DNA from: Octopus vulgaris
Lineage: Eukaryota
NCBI GenBank assembly: GCA_951406725.2
Contig: OX597820.1
Location: 101,680,001 to 101,744,000 of the forward strand
Reading direction: 5' to 3'
DNA length: 64,000 bases
The notes below the pieces were generated by a model. That model ran no database searches, had not been told where the DNA came from, and saw nothing but the letters and a program-made list of their open reading frames with translations. The position numbers were made by a program, and so were the translations under genes. Shown here piece by piece: positions 12,719-24,108 of this stretch (its first letter is position 1; each line of letters begins with the position of its first letter).

Positions 12719-13068
12719 ATAAGGTTGGCTTATAGCCTATGATTATCGTATTACTTCCTAGATAGATAAATAATTACCCCGTATTTATCTAGGTTATATC
12801 ATAGCTGATTGAAGTGGATTCAGTAATAAAAGAAAGTGAGTAGAGTGGGTGAGGGTTGAAAGAATATAAGAGAATTTCTACTATTGATGGTAACAAAATA
12901 GTTTTGTCGTCAAATAAAAGATAGTCTAGATGGGATGTGTACACACACACACACAAAAGCAAACAAACAAGATACTACTCCGGCAATATACGTATATATA
13001 GCAACGAAGGATAGTCTGTGAAACCATAAATATGCAACAGATAAAGTTGAATAAATCAGCAGTTAACT
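11690..13068. repeat. Direct duplication of ~370 bp (11690-12063 and 12716-13068)
   Basis: Both copies follow (CATA)n and start ATAATAAGGTTGGCTTATAGCC; near identical, second lacks ~23 bp. Confidence 0.85.
12368..12613 (-). mobile_element. tRNA-derived SINE with TSD
   Basis: Minus-strand head GGAGGCGCGTGGCTTAATGGTTAGG; 12-bp TSD TGTCATGAGTTT at 12356 and 12614. Confidence 0.8.
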
Positions 13069-13599
13069 TAAATCCTTACCTATTTTGAGAAAGATGATTA
13101 AGATTTGATGGAAATTTAACTGCTAATTCTAGAAGGTCAAGTAATCTTAAACAGATGTTCCCTTGTTAGATAGTATGAGGGTTGTTAAGGATGCAAGTGA
13201 AAGACACGAAGATGGGCCTAGTACACATCTACTTAGTTCCGAAAAACTAGAATCACTGTCGCAGATGTATAAGCAGAGGAATTCAGTGCATTGGATTTTT
13301 GTATCTGCTACTTGCTTCACTCAATGGACTGCAGCCAAGCTGGGACTCCACCTTAAAGAGTGTTCTAGAATAAATCGATTCAAGTAATTATTTTTTAAAG
13401 TCTGGTACTTATTTATCTTTCACTTTTGCCAGACCGCTTAGTTACGGGAAGGTAAGCGAGTCAGCACCGATTGTCGAGATATGGCATGGGGAGAAGCACA
13501 AATACAAACACACACACAAAGAAACAATAGAAAGTAAAAGAAATATTAAGTTACAGAGGATGGATAGTCTTATGGATAGGTGCTCCAATATCTGTGAAT

Positions 13600-14070
13600 A
13601 AATTTTGTCTCATGTGTGCAAGGACTGAAATTCCCCGTTTTAGCATTGAAGTATAATCCCGCATTCCTTGAGATCTTCAGGATTGTACTCTTTCTCAGCA
13701 ATCTTCTCGGTGATATAATATACTATTTCATTCTCCTTTAACTATCACGTATAATTTGCAAGCTTTATGATGTTACATTTATCAATGTCTCTGCACGAGG
13801 CGATACGGCCGCTGAATCTTGGCTCCAAGGATTGCTCTGCGAGACCTCCATATAATAGTGTGTTAGTATCTGTCAATATGCTCTCAGCCTTGTAAATGCA
13901 GGCCTCAATATAACAAGCTTTATTCAGTGGGGCTCGCTCCATGATCTCTACATAAATAACTATCTTCAGATGATGTATTTAATTAGAGTGAAAGGGTCTT
14001 CTTCGTGCTAAGGGTGCAGTTATAACCAATTTTAACTGTATGTTATTAAGCCATTTCCGGTAAGGGATTT
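13600..14070 (-). mobile_element. Penelope-like element fragment (GIY-YIG region, degenerate)
   Basis: Frameshifted remnants PYRK..HTVKIGYNC and APLNKACYIEACIYKAE..LLYGGLAEQSLEPRF resemble the TVKVSYSC / CPL..C...IYxA...YIG motifs of PLEs. Confidence 0.65.
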
Positions 14071-15239
14071 TGATTGTAAAATGCTTTTGTGTATTTATGA
14101 GTGGGTGTGTGCGTGCCTGCATGTGTGCGTGCCTGCGTGTGTGTGTGTTTTTGTCATTGTGTGTGTGTGTTGGTGTGTGTGTGTTTGTGTGTGTGCGTGT
14201 TTGTGTATGTGTGTGTGTGTGTGTGTGTGCGTGCGTGTGTATGCATCTCATATCAGGTCACTTTTAGTGCTACTGGCAACATGCAACACAGTACAAACTG
14301 TTCATGGCCACGCTGACGATGACTAAACTGGCAACCCGAAATGCATCTTGGTAACAAGGATGATTTTCGTTGGACAACCTGCATTTTGAAACACAAAACC
14401 AACCTATCAAAGGACGGATGAATAGAGTAGAGCTAACAATCACCCAACAGCTGAAGAGACTCTTAGTCTTTATGTAGATATATCCCTCTTGGAGAAGGAA
14501 ATTTCGAAATAACATCCGCCTCATTTGCAAAGCCACAAACCTGTTAGAGATTTTAAGTTGCAGCATGGACATACGATGACAACCATCATCTTTAACATTT
14601 ACGATACGACAATTTACCAGTGATGGTCATACTCTTGATGAGTTGAAAGCTACCATGTATGCATGCATGTATGTATGCGTACGTACGTATGTATGTATGT
14701 ATGTATGTACGTATGTATGTATCTATGTATGTATGTATGTATGTATGTATGTATGTATGTATGTATGTATGTATGTATGTATGTACGTATGTACGTATGC
14801 ATGTATGTATGTATGTATTTATGTATGTATGTATGTATGTATGTGTATGTATGTATATATGTATGTATGAATGAATGAATATAAGTACGTACGTACGTAT
14901 GTATGTATGTATGTATGTATGTATGTATGTATGTATGTATGTATGTATGTATGTATGCATGAATGTATGTAAGTATGTATGTGGATGTATGGATGGATGG
15001 ATGAATGGATGGATGGATGGATGCATGCATGCATGCATGCATGGATGGATGGATGCATGCATGCATGGATGGATGGTCGCTAACAAAGCGACAAGACTTT
15101 TCGAGTAAAGAGATTTCCTGGTGTTTGTAAACATGTGGTTGAGTTTGTGGGTTGGTTGAACAATTGATGCACACACTCAGGTGTGGGCATCAATTCACGA
15201 AAAGAATCTCAGACAAAGAATATTTGGAATGTCTTACAA

Positions 15240-15560
15240 ATCGTCACTGAGTCACTAATAGTTTGGATTCGTAGAATCTGCATCAGTTTCTATTGCTCTT
15301 TCTTTGAAAAACCTAATATTTCTAGGGCTTGGTGTAACTCTGTAGGCACATAATCTAGTGCACATATGATGATGACTACAAATGAGAACGTATATTCAGG
15401 GTACAAGAGCTGTAAGTTCCGCATTAATTCGTCATAAATGCATTCTTTTTCCTGGAGTTTTTTTTTTGTACACTCACATCTGCTGGGCAGCTTACCTCTA
15501 CATTGCATGACTTATGTTCCTTGTCCCACGAAAAAAAATTAGATCTGGTCTGTCTGTTTG
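15240..15560 (-). mobile_element. RLE-clade non-LTR retrotransposon fragment (endonuclease C-terminus)
   Basis: EKECIYDELMRNLQLLYPEYTFSFVVIIICALDYVP resembles the K...Y..L...PIIIGALG motif of R2/R4/NeSL-like elements. Confidence 0.65.
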
Positions 15561-15670
15561 CCTGTACGTACGTATGGATGTATGTGTATGTATGCTTCTA
15601 TGTATAAATATATGTATGCATGCATGTATCTATATCTATCTTCACACACATACACACACACTTACATATG

Positions 15671-15718
<48 letters not shown>

Positions 15719-15743
15719 TTAATCAATATAAGGGTAGCATTAT

Positions 15744-15798
<55 letters not shown>

Positions 15799-16005
15799 AG
15801 ATGTACTTGCATAGCAAGTGATTTGATCTGAGATCGTGTGATGAAACGAAAACAATTGCAGCGTGCTACGGATTTTTGTCAGTGAACAGGTCGCGGTCTT
15901 AAAGCGACGAAAATATTTTGACAAATTAAACTTAAATGTTGGAGTGAATCGAACGGCTTTTGTGTGTTTCTTAAATGACTTACAAACATCTTCCACGCTG
16001 CAATT

Positions 16006-16055
<50 letters not shown>

Positions 16056-16252
16056 TTGAAATTTACTGAAGAACAAAAGAAGACAGGTGTATAAACAACA
16101 AGCGGGTGTTTTAGTTTGACGCTCGGAAAGGAGAGAAAGTCTTTTAAGTTTCGCGCCTACGCTCTTCAACAGAAAGGAACACAGAGAAATAAACGGAGAC
16201 AGAAATTATATATATACACACATATGCATGCACACAAGCCCGTGCACGCATG

Positions 16253-16308
<56 letters not shown>

Positions 16309-16310
16309 TG

Positions 16311-16381
<71 letters not shown>

Positions 16382-16615
16382 GTTTTTACTGACGGAATTC
16401 ACCTCTCTGTCTATATACCTACCATCTTTGTAATGTTGGCAAATGGAATAAGTATAAAAATGAACATTGTCAATTTAATTTTTTTTAAATTCCATATGTG
16501 GCTGAAGATTGCTCTACATTTTAAAAGTGATGTAATACTTACATTGTTTAATTAAATGAAGTAGCATGAAACGATTGTACTACACTACCTTTGGATATCC
16601 TTGTTGGTTATTTTA

Positions 16616-16707
<92 letters not shown>

Positions 16708-16724
16708 CTAATGTCCTTTTTCAG

Positions 16725-17089
16725 AGAACTGGTCCCAGATTGAAGCCTCTTTGCATTTACAAAGGAAATTCAGTTTACAAATCTTGGCAATCTATTTTAC
16801 CAGCACTATCTTAGTGGTTGTTGGCGGTTTGTCATTTTGGATTGACACTGAAAGCACTGCAGCCCGTATGTCCCTCGGTTTGATCACCTTACTCACTCTT
16901 ATAACTCATAACTCCAGCCTACATCCAGCAAAACACTATTTTGCAACAGGAATGCTTGGAATTGATATATGGCTTATTATATGTCTCATCTTCGTCTTCT
17001 CAGCCTTAATCGAATTCATTTTACTTAACCATTCAAGAACTTCCAATGCAAAATTAAAAACTACTAACAACCAAACATCACACGATTCA
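16725..17089 (+). CDS. Cys-loop channel exon F (loop C end, M1-M3)
   Basis: Branch point TACTAAT, tttttcag|...|gtaagt; NWSQIEASLHLQRKFSLQILAIYFTSTILVVVGGLSFWIDTESTAARMSLGLITLLTLIT...IDIWLIICLIFVFSALIEF. Confidence 0.96.
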
Positions 17090-17124
17090 GTAAGTAAAAA
17101 TTTGAATCTAAATTTTGATTTGTA

Positions 17125-17345
17125 ACTCTTTAGCATTTAAACCGGGTATATCTGATCCAAACTATTCTATCTGTTTTATGTTAAAATTGGTCAGATCAGG
17201 ACCCTCATAACTGCTCTGCAAAGTTATTCTAAGAAGTAGTCTCGTTATCAGAATTTCGAAGCTACAAGATAATGCATGATTAATTCAAAACAACGTGAAT
17301 AAATGAGCATTACATTTGGCAGAGTAATCTGAATGCTAAAGAGTA
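17125..17345. mobile_element. piggyBac-type MITE (degenerate)
   Basis: Ends CTCTTTAGCATT.../...AATGCTAAAGAG; same family as 56112-56320 and ~58560-58780. Confidence 0.65.
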
Positions 17346-18044
17346 GTTCTATCCATCCAACCATCCATTTTATCTGCTTACTATTCCTGGGAAAGTTATG
17401 GGAGTATCTCTTCCATGTCGTCCTATCAGAAACAGCCATCATTACACGCATTCTTTGTGCTTTTTAATTAAGAAATAAAAATCACAAAAATAATTTTGTA
17501 TTAAATATATAAAAATTGGAGTGATACGGTTTCATGTTCTAGTTTGATTTGTTCTGTTTGTTGAAAATGAGTTTCATATTACAAGGATCAGCGAATGGAG
17601 AGGCAGATGTATTGATAGAAAGGACGAGTGATCTAAGGAAACTGTCAGTCCTGAGAGAAATATATACTACCATGTGATTATAGTGGAAAGAGAATACGGT
17701 AGAAGTGAGGGGGATGGGAAGAGGAAGGGGAATACAATGATGATGATGATGATGACTATCAATTAATTTGGAGTCACTAAAAGGGAAACGTATATTTTGA
17801 TACTGAATTTTATTGTCTGTCAAAAAGAGACAAGGAAAACAATCACGTATCCAATAAATGTGGTGGACAAAATCCAATCAAGGGCTATTAATTTGGTTGT
17901 CTCTAAACTCAACAACAAATCACAATCTAAATGTTGTACCTTCGCCTTCTAGAAAACATTTCAATGTCTAAACCAATACCTAGGATATTTTTATAAATTT
18001 TTAATTCGTTTTTATTGCTGTTGTTGTTATTATTATTATTCCAG

Positions 18045-18266
18045 TTGCCAATGAGTGAACATGCAAACACGAGTTACAAAGAAGATAGCTTTTCAAACAG
18101 AATGGTTACAGAAAGAGATGTTGATGAATACAAAATAACTGCTGCTGCTGCTGACAATAAAAACGTTGGTAAAAAAATTAACAAAGCTGATCAATACTGC
18201 AAAATTATCTTCCCTGTAGCTTTCATATTTAGTAATATTATCTACTGGATGTGGCATTTCTACTAA
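18045..18266 (+). CDS. Cys-loop channel terminal exon G (intracellular loop end, M4, stop)
   Basis: attccag| in phase 0; ...KINKADQYCKIIFPVAFIFSNIIYWMWHFY* matches the D..xxxxFP..F..xN..YW M4 consensus. Confidence 0.95.
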   Translation: MPMSEHANTSYKEDSFSNRMVTERDVDEYKITAAAADNKNVGKKINKADQYCKIIFPVAFIFSNIIYWMWHFY

Positions 18267-18379
18267 CCACTATTAGCGCTCTCTCTCTCTCTCTGAAATA
18301 TTCATATTTAAGACATTTATTATATAACTTTTAAAATATTTTTTTATTAAGCATGGCCACTGCTCGTGAGCTGAAACTA

Positions 18380-18390
18380 AATAAAATAAA
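18380..18390 (+). terminator. Candidate polyadenylation signals of the Cys-loop gene
   Basis: Overlapping AATAAA hexamers ~115 nt after the stop, followed by T-rich sequence. Confidence 0.5.
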
Positions 18391-18656
18391 TGACTACATC
18401 AATATTTTTATTTATTCTGTACTGAGTGCTATTTCATTCATGTAGAGAAAGTCATGAACATCATACTGTCACTTTAAAACATGTGATTTTGTGCCTAGCT
18501 AAAAGGAAACAACACACACACACACACACACATACATACATGAATATAATTTATAGCAAATTATATACATGAAGCAAATGTTCGGAAAGTAAATTATGAA
18601 AACAGGTTTCAATTCATGGTTGAAACCGATTCACTTCTTTTAATATTCTAAGAAGT

Positions 18657-18993
18657 GATGGTAACAGAACTAACGAAGCTGATCGTTACTGCAGACTTAT
18701 TGACCCTCTAGCTTTCGTATTTACCAACAGAGCCGGCTTTAAGCCAATCAGGCAGAATCAAATTGGGCCCCGCGCACACGGTCGAGCGAAGGATGCTATG
18801 AGGACATTTTGTATATCATTGTGGCTAACAGTCGAGCTTCAAGCCCTCAACACTTTTTGGCCGAAACTGACATTCTACACGAAGCATAAAACACCAATCT
18901 TCAGCTTTTGTAGAGTAGAGGGCCCCACTGACAATTCTTTAATTTGTCCCTGCTCTGCTTATCAATATCATGTATTGGATGTGGCATTTCTAA
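18657..18993 (+). pseudogene. Duplicated M4-coding segment split by a MITE
   Basis: GNRTNEADRYCRLIDPLAFVFTN [insertion] IMYWMWHF* vs GKKINKADQYCKIIFPVAFIFSNIIYWMWHFY* in the intact exon. Confidence 0.85.
18728..18957. mobile_element. hAT-like MITE
   Basis: Termini CAGAGCCGG.../...CCTGCTCTG; imperfect 8-bp TSD TTTACCAA / CTTATCAA. Confidence 0.7.
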
Positions 18994-20741
18994 AAATCAC
19001 TATCGTCTCCTGTAAATATGCAGTCTGGTTTTATAAAAAAAAAATCCGATTTGGTGATGTGCAATAAGATGTAGGAACATTTACTAACTCTTTGAAAGAC
19101 ATAATGCTCACAGCATATTCTACCCACTGAATATCTGATTAACTACAGCGAAAATTCCATTTTCATGACTAACAGTAATAGACTTGATTTTAAGGACAAC
19201 AGGGGAGAGAACTCACATTTTTCATGCCTTTCTCAAAGTAAGTGACCGTATGTGTCTTATAAGTATCTACTGACTTTGTATTTTAATTTTCAAAATTGTC
19301 AAGAATTAAAGAATCAAATGAAATAATCATCAACTTAATAAACGACAACAGTTTACCTCTTGAAATATTATAATATCTGTCGTGTCATACTGAAATCTTC
19401 AGTCCAAGATTTGTAGTAATATTTCATTTTTAACATTGCAATACAAGCAGTTTTAGGCAAGTTACTGTTCAAAGGGTCGACCTCAAGCAAGCCCCATGAT
19501 GACAAGCATACCAGCCGTGACCATCCCGCTCGTTCTTTTTTCAGACTTATCTAAATCTACATTGTCCAATATCTTTACTAATTTTAAGAAAGTTGGGTGT
19601 CATTTGGATGTTATTTCCAGCAGGTCAAGTAGCTATGCTGAGATTCTCCCTCATTGTAAATTTGTAATAAATAAAAATCTTTAAAATGTCTTCTTCTATC
19701 AGGTAAAAGAATATTTCGTCAAACTGTTGTAAATTAAACGCATTCATAATTCCATGTCGGTAAGTAAAAGTTCATAAGATAAGAGGCTTTGACAATAAAC
19801 ATTAGAGCCACACGGTAATAATTCAAGGGAGATAACTCTAAAGTATAATGCAGTTTTCACACATAGCAACAATCCAGCCGCTATACACTGCTTATAAAGT
19901 GTCAAAATGAGAAAATAAATTATTTTTTTTAATATTCTTTTCTAAATAAGGAATTGAACTACTACTGAAGTTCATTTTTTTTTTATTAGTAATAAATTAA
20001 GAATGAATTTCATTCACCGGAGTCTGCAAATCTGATGGAGTAGCTTTATTTTACATCCACTGTCATTGGCTACAAGACACCTATGGGTCATTCACTGAAT
20101 TTCTGATGATTAGAATAGCAAGGGAGTGCTCTGTAACTCGATGCAGAGCAAATATGTCGAGGACTTTTTAAGTTATTGTTTTTTGTTTTTTTTTGCTTTT
20201 TTTTTTTTGTGGTGAGGATGGTCCAATTTTCTTTACATAAACATAGTTTCTGTTTTGACATTTTCACTCACAAGGCCTCGGTCAACCCAAAGCAATGGAT
20301 GAATTCATTTGTCCAACATGTCTTGCAGTGGGAACTATGTGATTGTTTAGTAAACTTCTTAACTACAGAACCATAACTATAAAATAAAAACAAAACAACA
20401 GTTCTTTACAGTTCAGCTGTGATTTACACCTATTTTATGTATTCACTTCTATGTGGATAGAACCATAATGCTGTGAGAGCAATGTTCTATCAACGATAAA
20501 TAACAACTTAGAAAGATTCTACTGACTTAGTTCATATTGTAAGAGTGTCTTTCCTGCCTGTCACTAAAGTCTTATGCTAAAAGAGTCATAAATGCAAGAA
20601 TTGCTGTGTAATTAAAAAGTTCACTTCCCAAATATATAGTTCCAGTTTCAATCCCACAATGTGACCCCTTGGGCAAGTATTAACTACTATTAGCCCAAGG
20701 CCAACCAAAGCCTTGTGAGCAGATTTGGAATAGGGAAACTG

Positions 20742-21043
20742 AGGAGTGGCTGTGTGGTAAGTAGCCTGCTTACCAACCACACGGTTCCAGGTTCAGTCCC
20801 ACTGCGTGGCACCTTGGGAAAGTGTCTTCTACTATTGCCTCGGGCCGACCAAAGACTTGTGAGTGGATTTGGTAGACAGAAACTGAAAAGAAGCCTGTTG
20901 TATATATATATATATATATGTCTGTGTTTGTCCCCAACACTAGGCTTACAAAGAATAAGACCTAGGGTCGATTTGCTCGGCTAAAAGGCGGTGCTCCAGC
21001 ATGGCCGCAGTCAAATGACTGAAACAAGTAAAAAAAAAAAAAA
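20742..21043 (+). mobile_element. SINE family A (preceded by an older decayed copy from ~20583)
   Basis: Similarity to 1147-1561. Confidence 0.8.
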
Positions 21044-21511
21044 GCCTGTCATATTTATGCTTGCTTTTCATTTTCTCTTTTTAATTGGATTAAATTTTGA
21101 CTGATCATCTGCTTGATAGCAAGTTTGAGAAGGAAAGCATCTTGTTTTGTTTATCATTCTGTGAATCTTTAAGGTCTTGCAGACTTTGATTGTCCCAGAT
21201 AACATTACTTATAATGTATGAATTAAATTGTAATCCTTTCCTAAGAACTGAAGTTATGCCATACTTTGTTCCAGATAGTTTTTACAGGTATGAAACGGAA
21301 AATGGAACTTGGGGACCAGATCTACAAACTCTTTATCAATGGCCCATAGACGTTCTTTTAGTCTTGAAGTTTTCTAACCAAACTGGTATCAAGAGGGCAG
21401 CTGAATTCCACAACAGACATGTTTTTTTTTTCTTGTGCACTGCTCCCAAGAATATTTGGCCAATTGTTTTAATTTTTAAGTTACACCAATATTCTTTTAA
21501 CCATTAGTAAT

Positions 21512-21825
21512 GAAGGCACATGGCTTAGTGGTTAGGGTGTTCAACTCATGATCTTAAGATCATGAGTTCGATTCCTGATGGCACATTGAGTCCTTGAGCT
21601 AAGCACTTTATTTTACATTGTTCCAGTTTGTCCAACTGGAAAATGAGTAGTACCTGTAATTCAAAGGGCCACCCTCGTCACATTGTCATGCTGAATCTTC
21701 CTAAGAAGTATGTGAAGGGGTATGCGTGTCTGTGGAGTGCTCAGCCACTTACACATTAATCTCATGAGCAGGCTGTTCCATTGATCAGATCAACTGGAAC
21801 CCTTGTCATAACTGACCAAATGCAA
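21512..21825 (+). mobile_element. tRNA-derived SINE (family also at ~27875-28240)
   Basis: TGGCTTAGTGG...GAGTTCGATTCC A/B boxes; body shared with 27875-28240. Confidence 0.7.
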
Positions 21826-23020
21826 GTCTTTGTTTGACTCATTGCTCATCTTTTTATTTTGTTCTAAACTGTTCTGACTACAGCATCACAAGAAGATATC
21901 TAAAAGACATTCTCCCACAGTTGGCAATTATGCTGTCAAGCTTTAATTTTGCACAGCCTTCATTTGCTCTGTTAATGTTTTCTGCCTTTTATGCTGCTGG
22001 TATTTATTGGGGATCTCTTGTTTTCAAATTGCATGGGTCTTCAAAGTGGAATGTCATAAACTTCTTGATACCCCATGCCAAGCTTTATTTCCTCTATGGT
22101 TGGGTCCTTCATACCAAGTACCCATACAGATCTGTCACAGTGAATTTGTTCCCCCATTTTTCTTTCCATTTAATAGAATTTACCAATGTTCCACAAGGAA
22201 AGATCAGGATCAGCTCTCTTTTCATTAGCTATTCAAATATGTCCTTTTGTGCTGGCAAACTTCAGCAAAATGTTACAAGCCCCTTTTCTCTGCTTCATTT
22301 CATGCCTTCATACATATTTAACACGGCATGGGAAGAATAGCCAGTCTGCAACTCTACTGATGTTGAATTTTTCAGTAACACTAAACAGCCTGTGAGTTTG
22401 TATTTATATCTCATTGAGTCCTTGCAGTGACCAGTTTAGAAAGTCATCAGTAGGCAGTTGGGAAGGCATTGAAAAGTTGTTTTGGACAATATACTTCTTG
22501 TAAGCTGAAAGTTCAGAAAACCAAAATTCTTTTGAGCTCTTTTGTAGCTTTCACCAGAAAATAAACATTGTATATTGAGGTCATTCATGTTTAATGTCTT
22601 GGAGTAAAGCTTGTTTACCATGTTTTACCAGCAAAAATGCACATTGGAACTCACCATATTTTATTCCAAAGTCTTTAGAAAATTGAATTATAAGAATACG
22701 TTTTTTTTTTTTGATGTGGTTAATACTTGGCAACATCCAGTTTCATGACATCAACTAAGAAAAGGTGAGAGATATTACTGGACTCATTTCTATAACAATG
22801 TTTTTGTGATCAGATGTGATAAGGGATTTAATGAGAACAAAGTGCAGTACTGACAAGCAATCACCTTGAAGAGTGCCCTTTTGGTAATGTATGGTGTCAG
22901 ATTTGGTATGTTCGTTGTTAACTGTAAGTAGGAGGTTTACCTGTTTTTGGTAGAAGGTAGTTAAGAGTTGTGAAACTGGCTAATTGCAGGGCTTTGATAA
23001 TCTGCCTATGTAGTATGTTA

Positions 23021-23445
23021 TCATCATCATCATCATCGTTTAACGTCCGCTTTCCATGCTAGCATGGTTTGGACGGTTCAACTGGGGTCTGGGAAACCAG
23101 AAGGCTGCAACAGGCCCAGTCTGATCTGGCAGTGTTTCTACAGCTGGATGCCCTTCCTAATGCCAACCACTCCGTGAGTGTAGTGGGTGCTTTTTACGTG
23201 CCACCGGCACACTGTTTCCTTATTACCCACAAGGGGCTAAACATAGAGGGAACAAACAAGGACAGACAAACAGATTAAGTCCATCACATCAACCCCAGTG
23301 CATAACTGGTACTTAATTTATTGACCCCGAAAGGATGAAAGGCAAAGTTGACCTAGGCAGAATTTGAACTCAGAACGTAACAACAAACGAAATACGGCTA
23401 CACATTTCGTCCGGCATGCTAACGGTTCTGCCAGCTCGCTGCCTT
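23021..23445 (-). mobile_element. RTE 3'-tail repeat plus SINE family B
   Basis: (CAT)n tail + TTTAACGTCCGCTTTCCATGCTAGC unit, then reverse complement of the 27316-27540 family. Confidence 0.8.
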
Positions 23446-23714
23446 CCTATGTAGTTTGTTATCAAAGGCTTTCTGGTAGTCTAACCACACCAAAGTCACA
23501 TTTCTGCAGCTTTTTATTACATCATTTTATGAATTAGTAGATGTTTGACACTTGCTTCTTTCCCCACCGTTGTTCAGGAGCTATAATACAGCTGGTGGTA
23601 CAGGTTAAAGCACCCGGTGTACATCTTATACATGATGTTTTGGCAAGCTACTGGGTGGTAATTTTTTGCAATGGTTTTATTATCTTTAAGGATGAGAAGG
23701 CTGACAGATATACT

Positions 23715-24108
23715 CTTTCTCTTTACTCTTTTACTTGTTTCAGCCATCCGACTGTGGCCATGCTGGAGCACCGCCTTTAATCGAGCAAATCGACCCCACG
23801 ACTTATTCCTTTATAAGCCCAGTACTTATTCTATCGGTCTCTTTTGCCAAGCTGCTAAGTAACAGGGACATAAACACACCAGCATCGGTTGTCAAGCAAT
23901 GCTAAGGGGACAAACACATACACGCATATATATATATATATATACATATATACGATGGGCTTCTTTCAGTTTCCGTCTACCAAATCCACTCACAAGGCTT
24001 TGGTCGGCCCGAGGCTATAGTAGAAGACAGTTGCCCAAGGTGCCACGCAGTGGGACTGAACCCGGAACCAGGTGGTTGGTAAACAAGCTACTTACCACAC
24101 AGCCACTC
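23715..24108 (-). mobile_element. SINE family A
   Basis: Reverse complement of 1147-1561. Confidence 0.85.

Noticed and set aside
14592-16814. Many ORFs rich in YI/HT/CV/MYVC
   Set aside because: Translations of (TA)n, (CA)n and (TATG)n microsatellites
17586-17680. Purine-rich segment after a possible acceptor in the last channel intron
   Set aside because: Phase-0 reading hits TGA and no compatible donor was found
21190-23000. ORFs of 70-168 aa and possible old retroelement
   Set aside because: No recognisable domain or consistent splice structure
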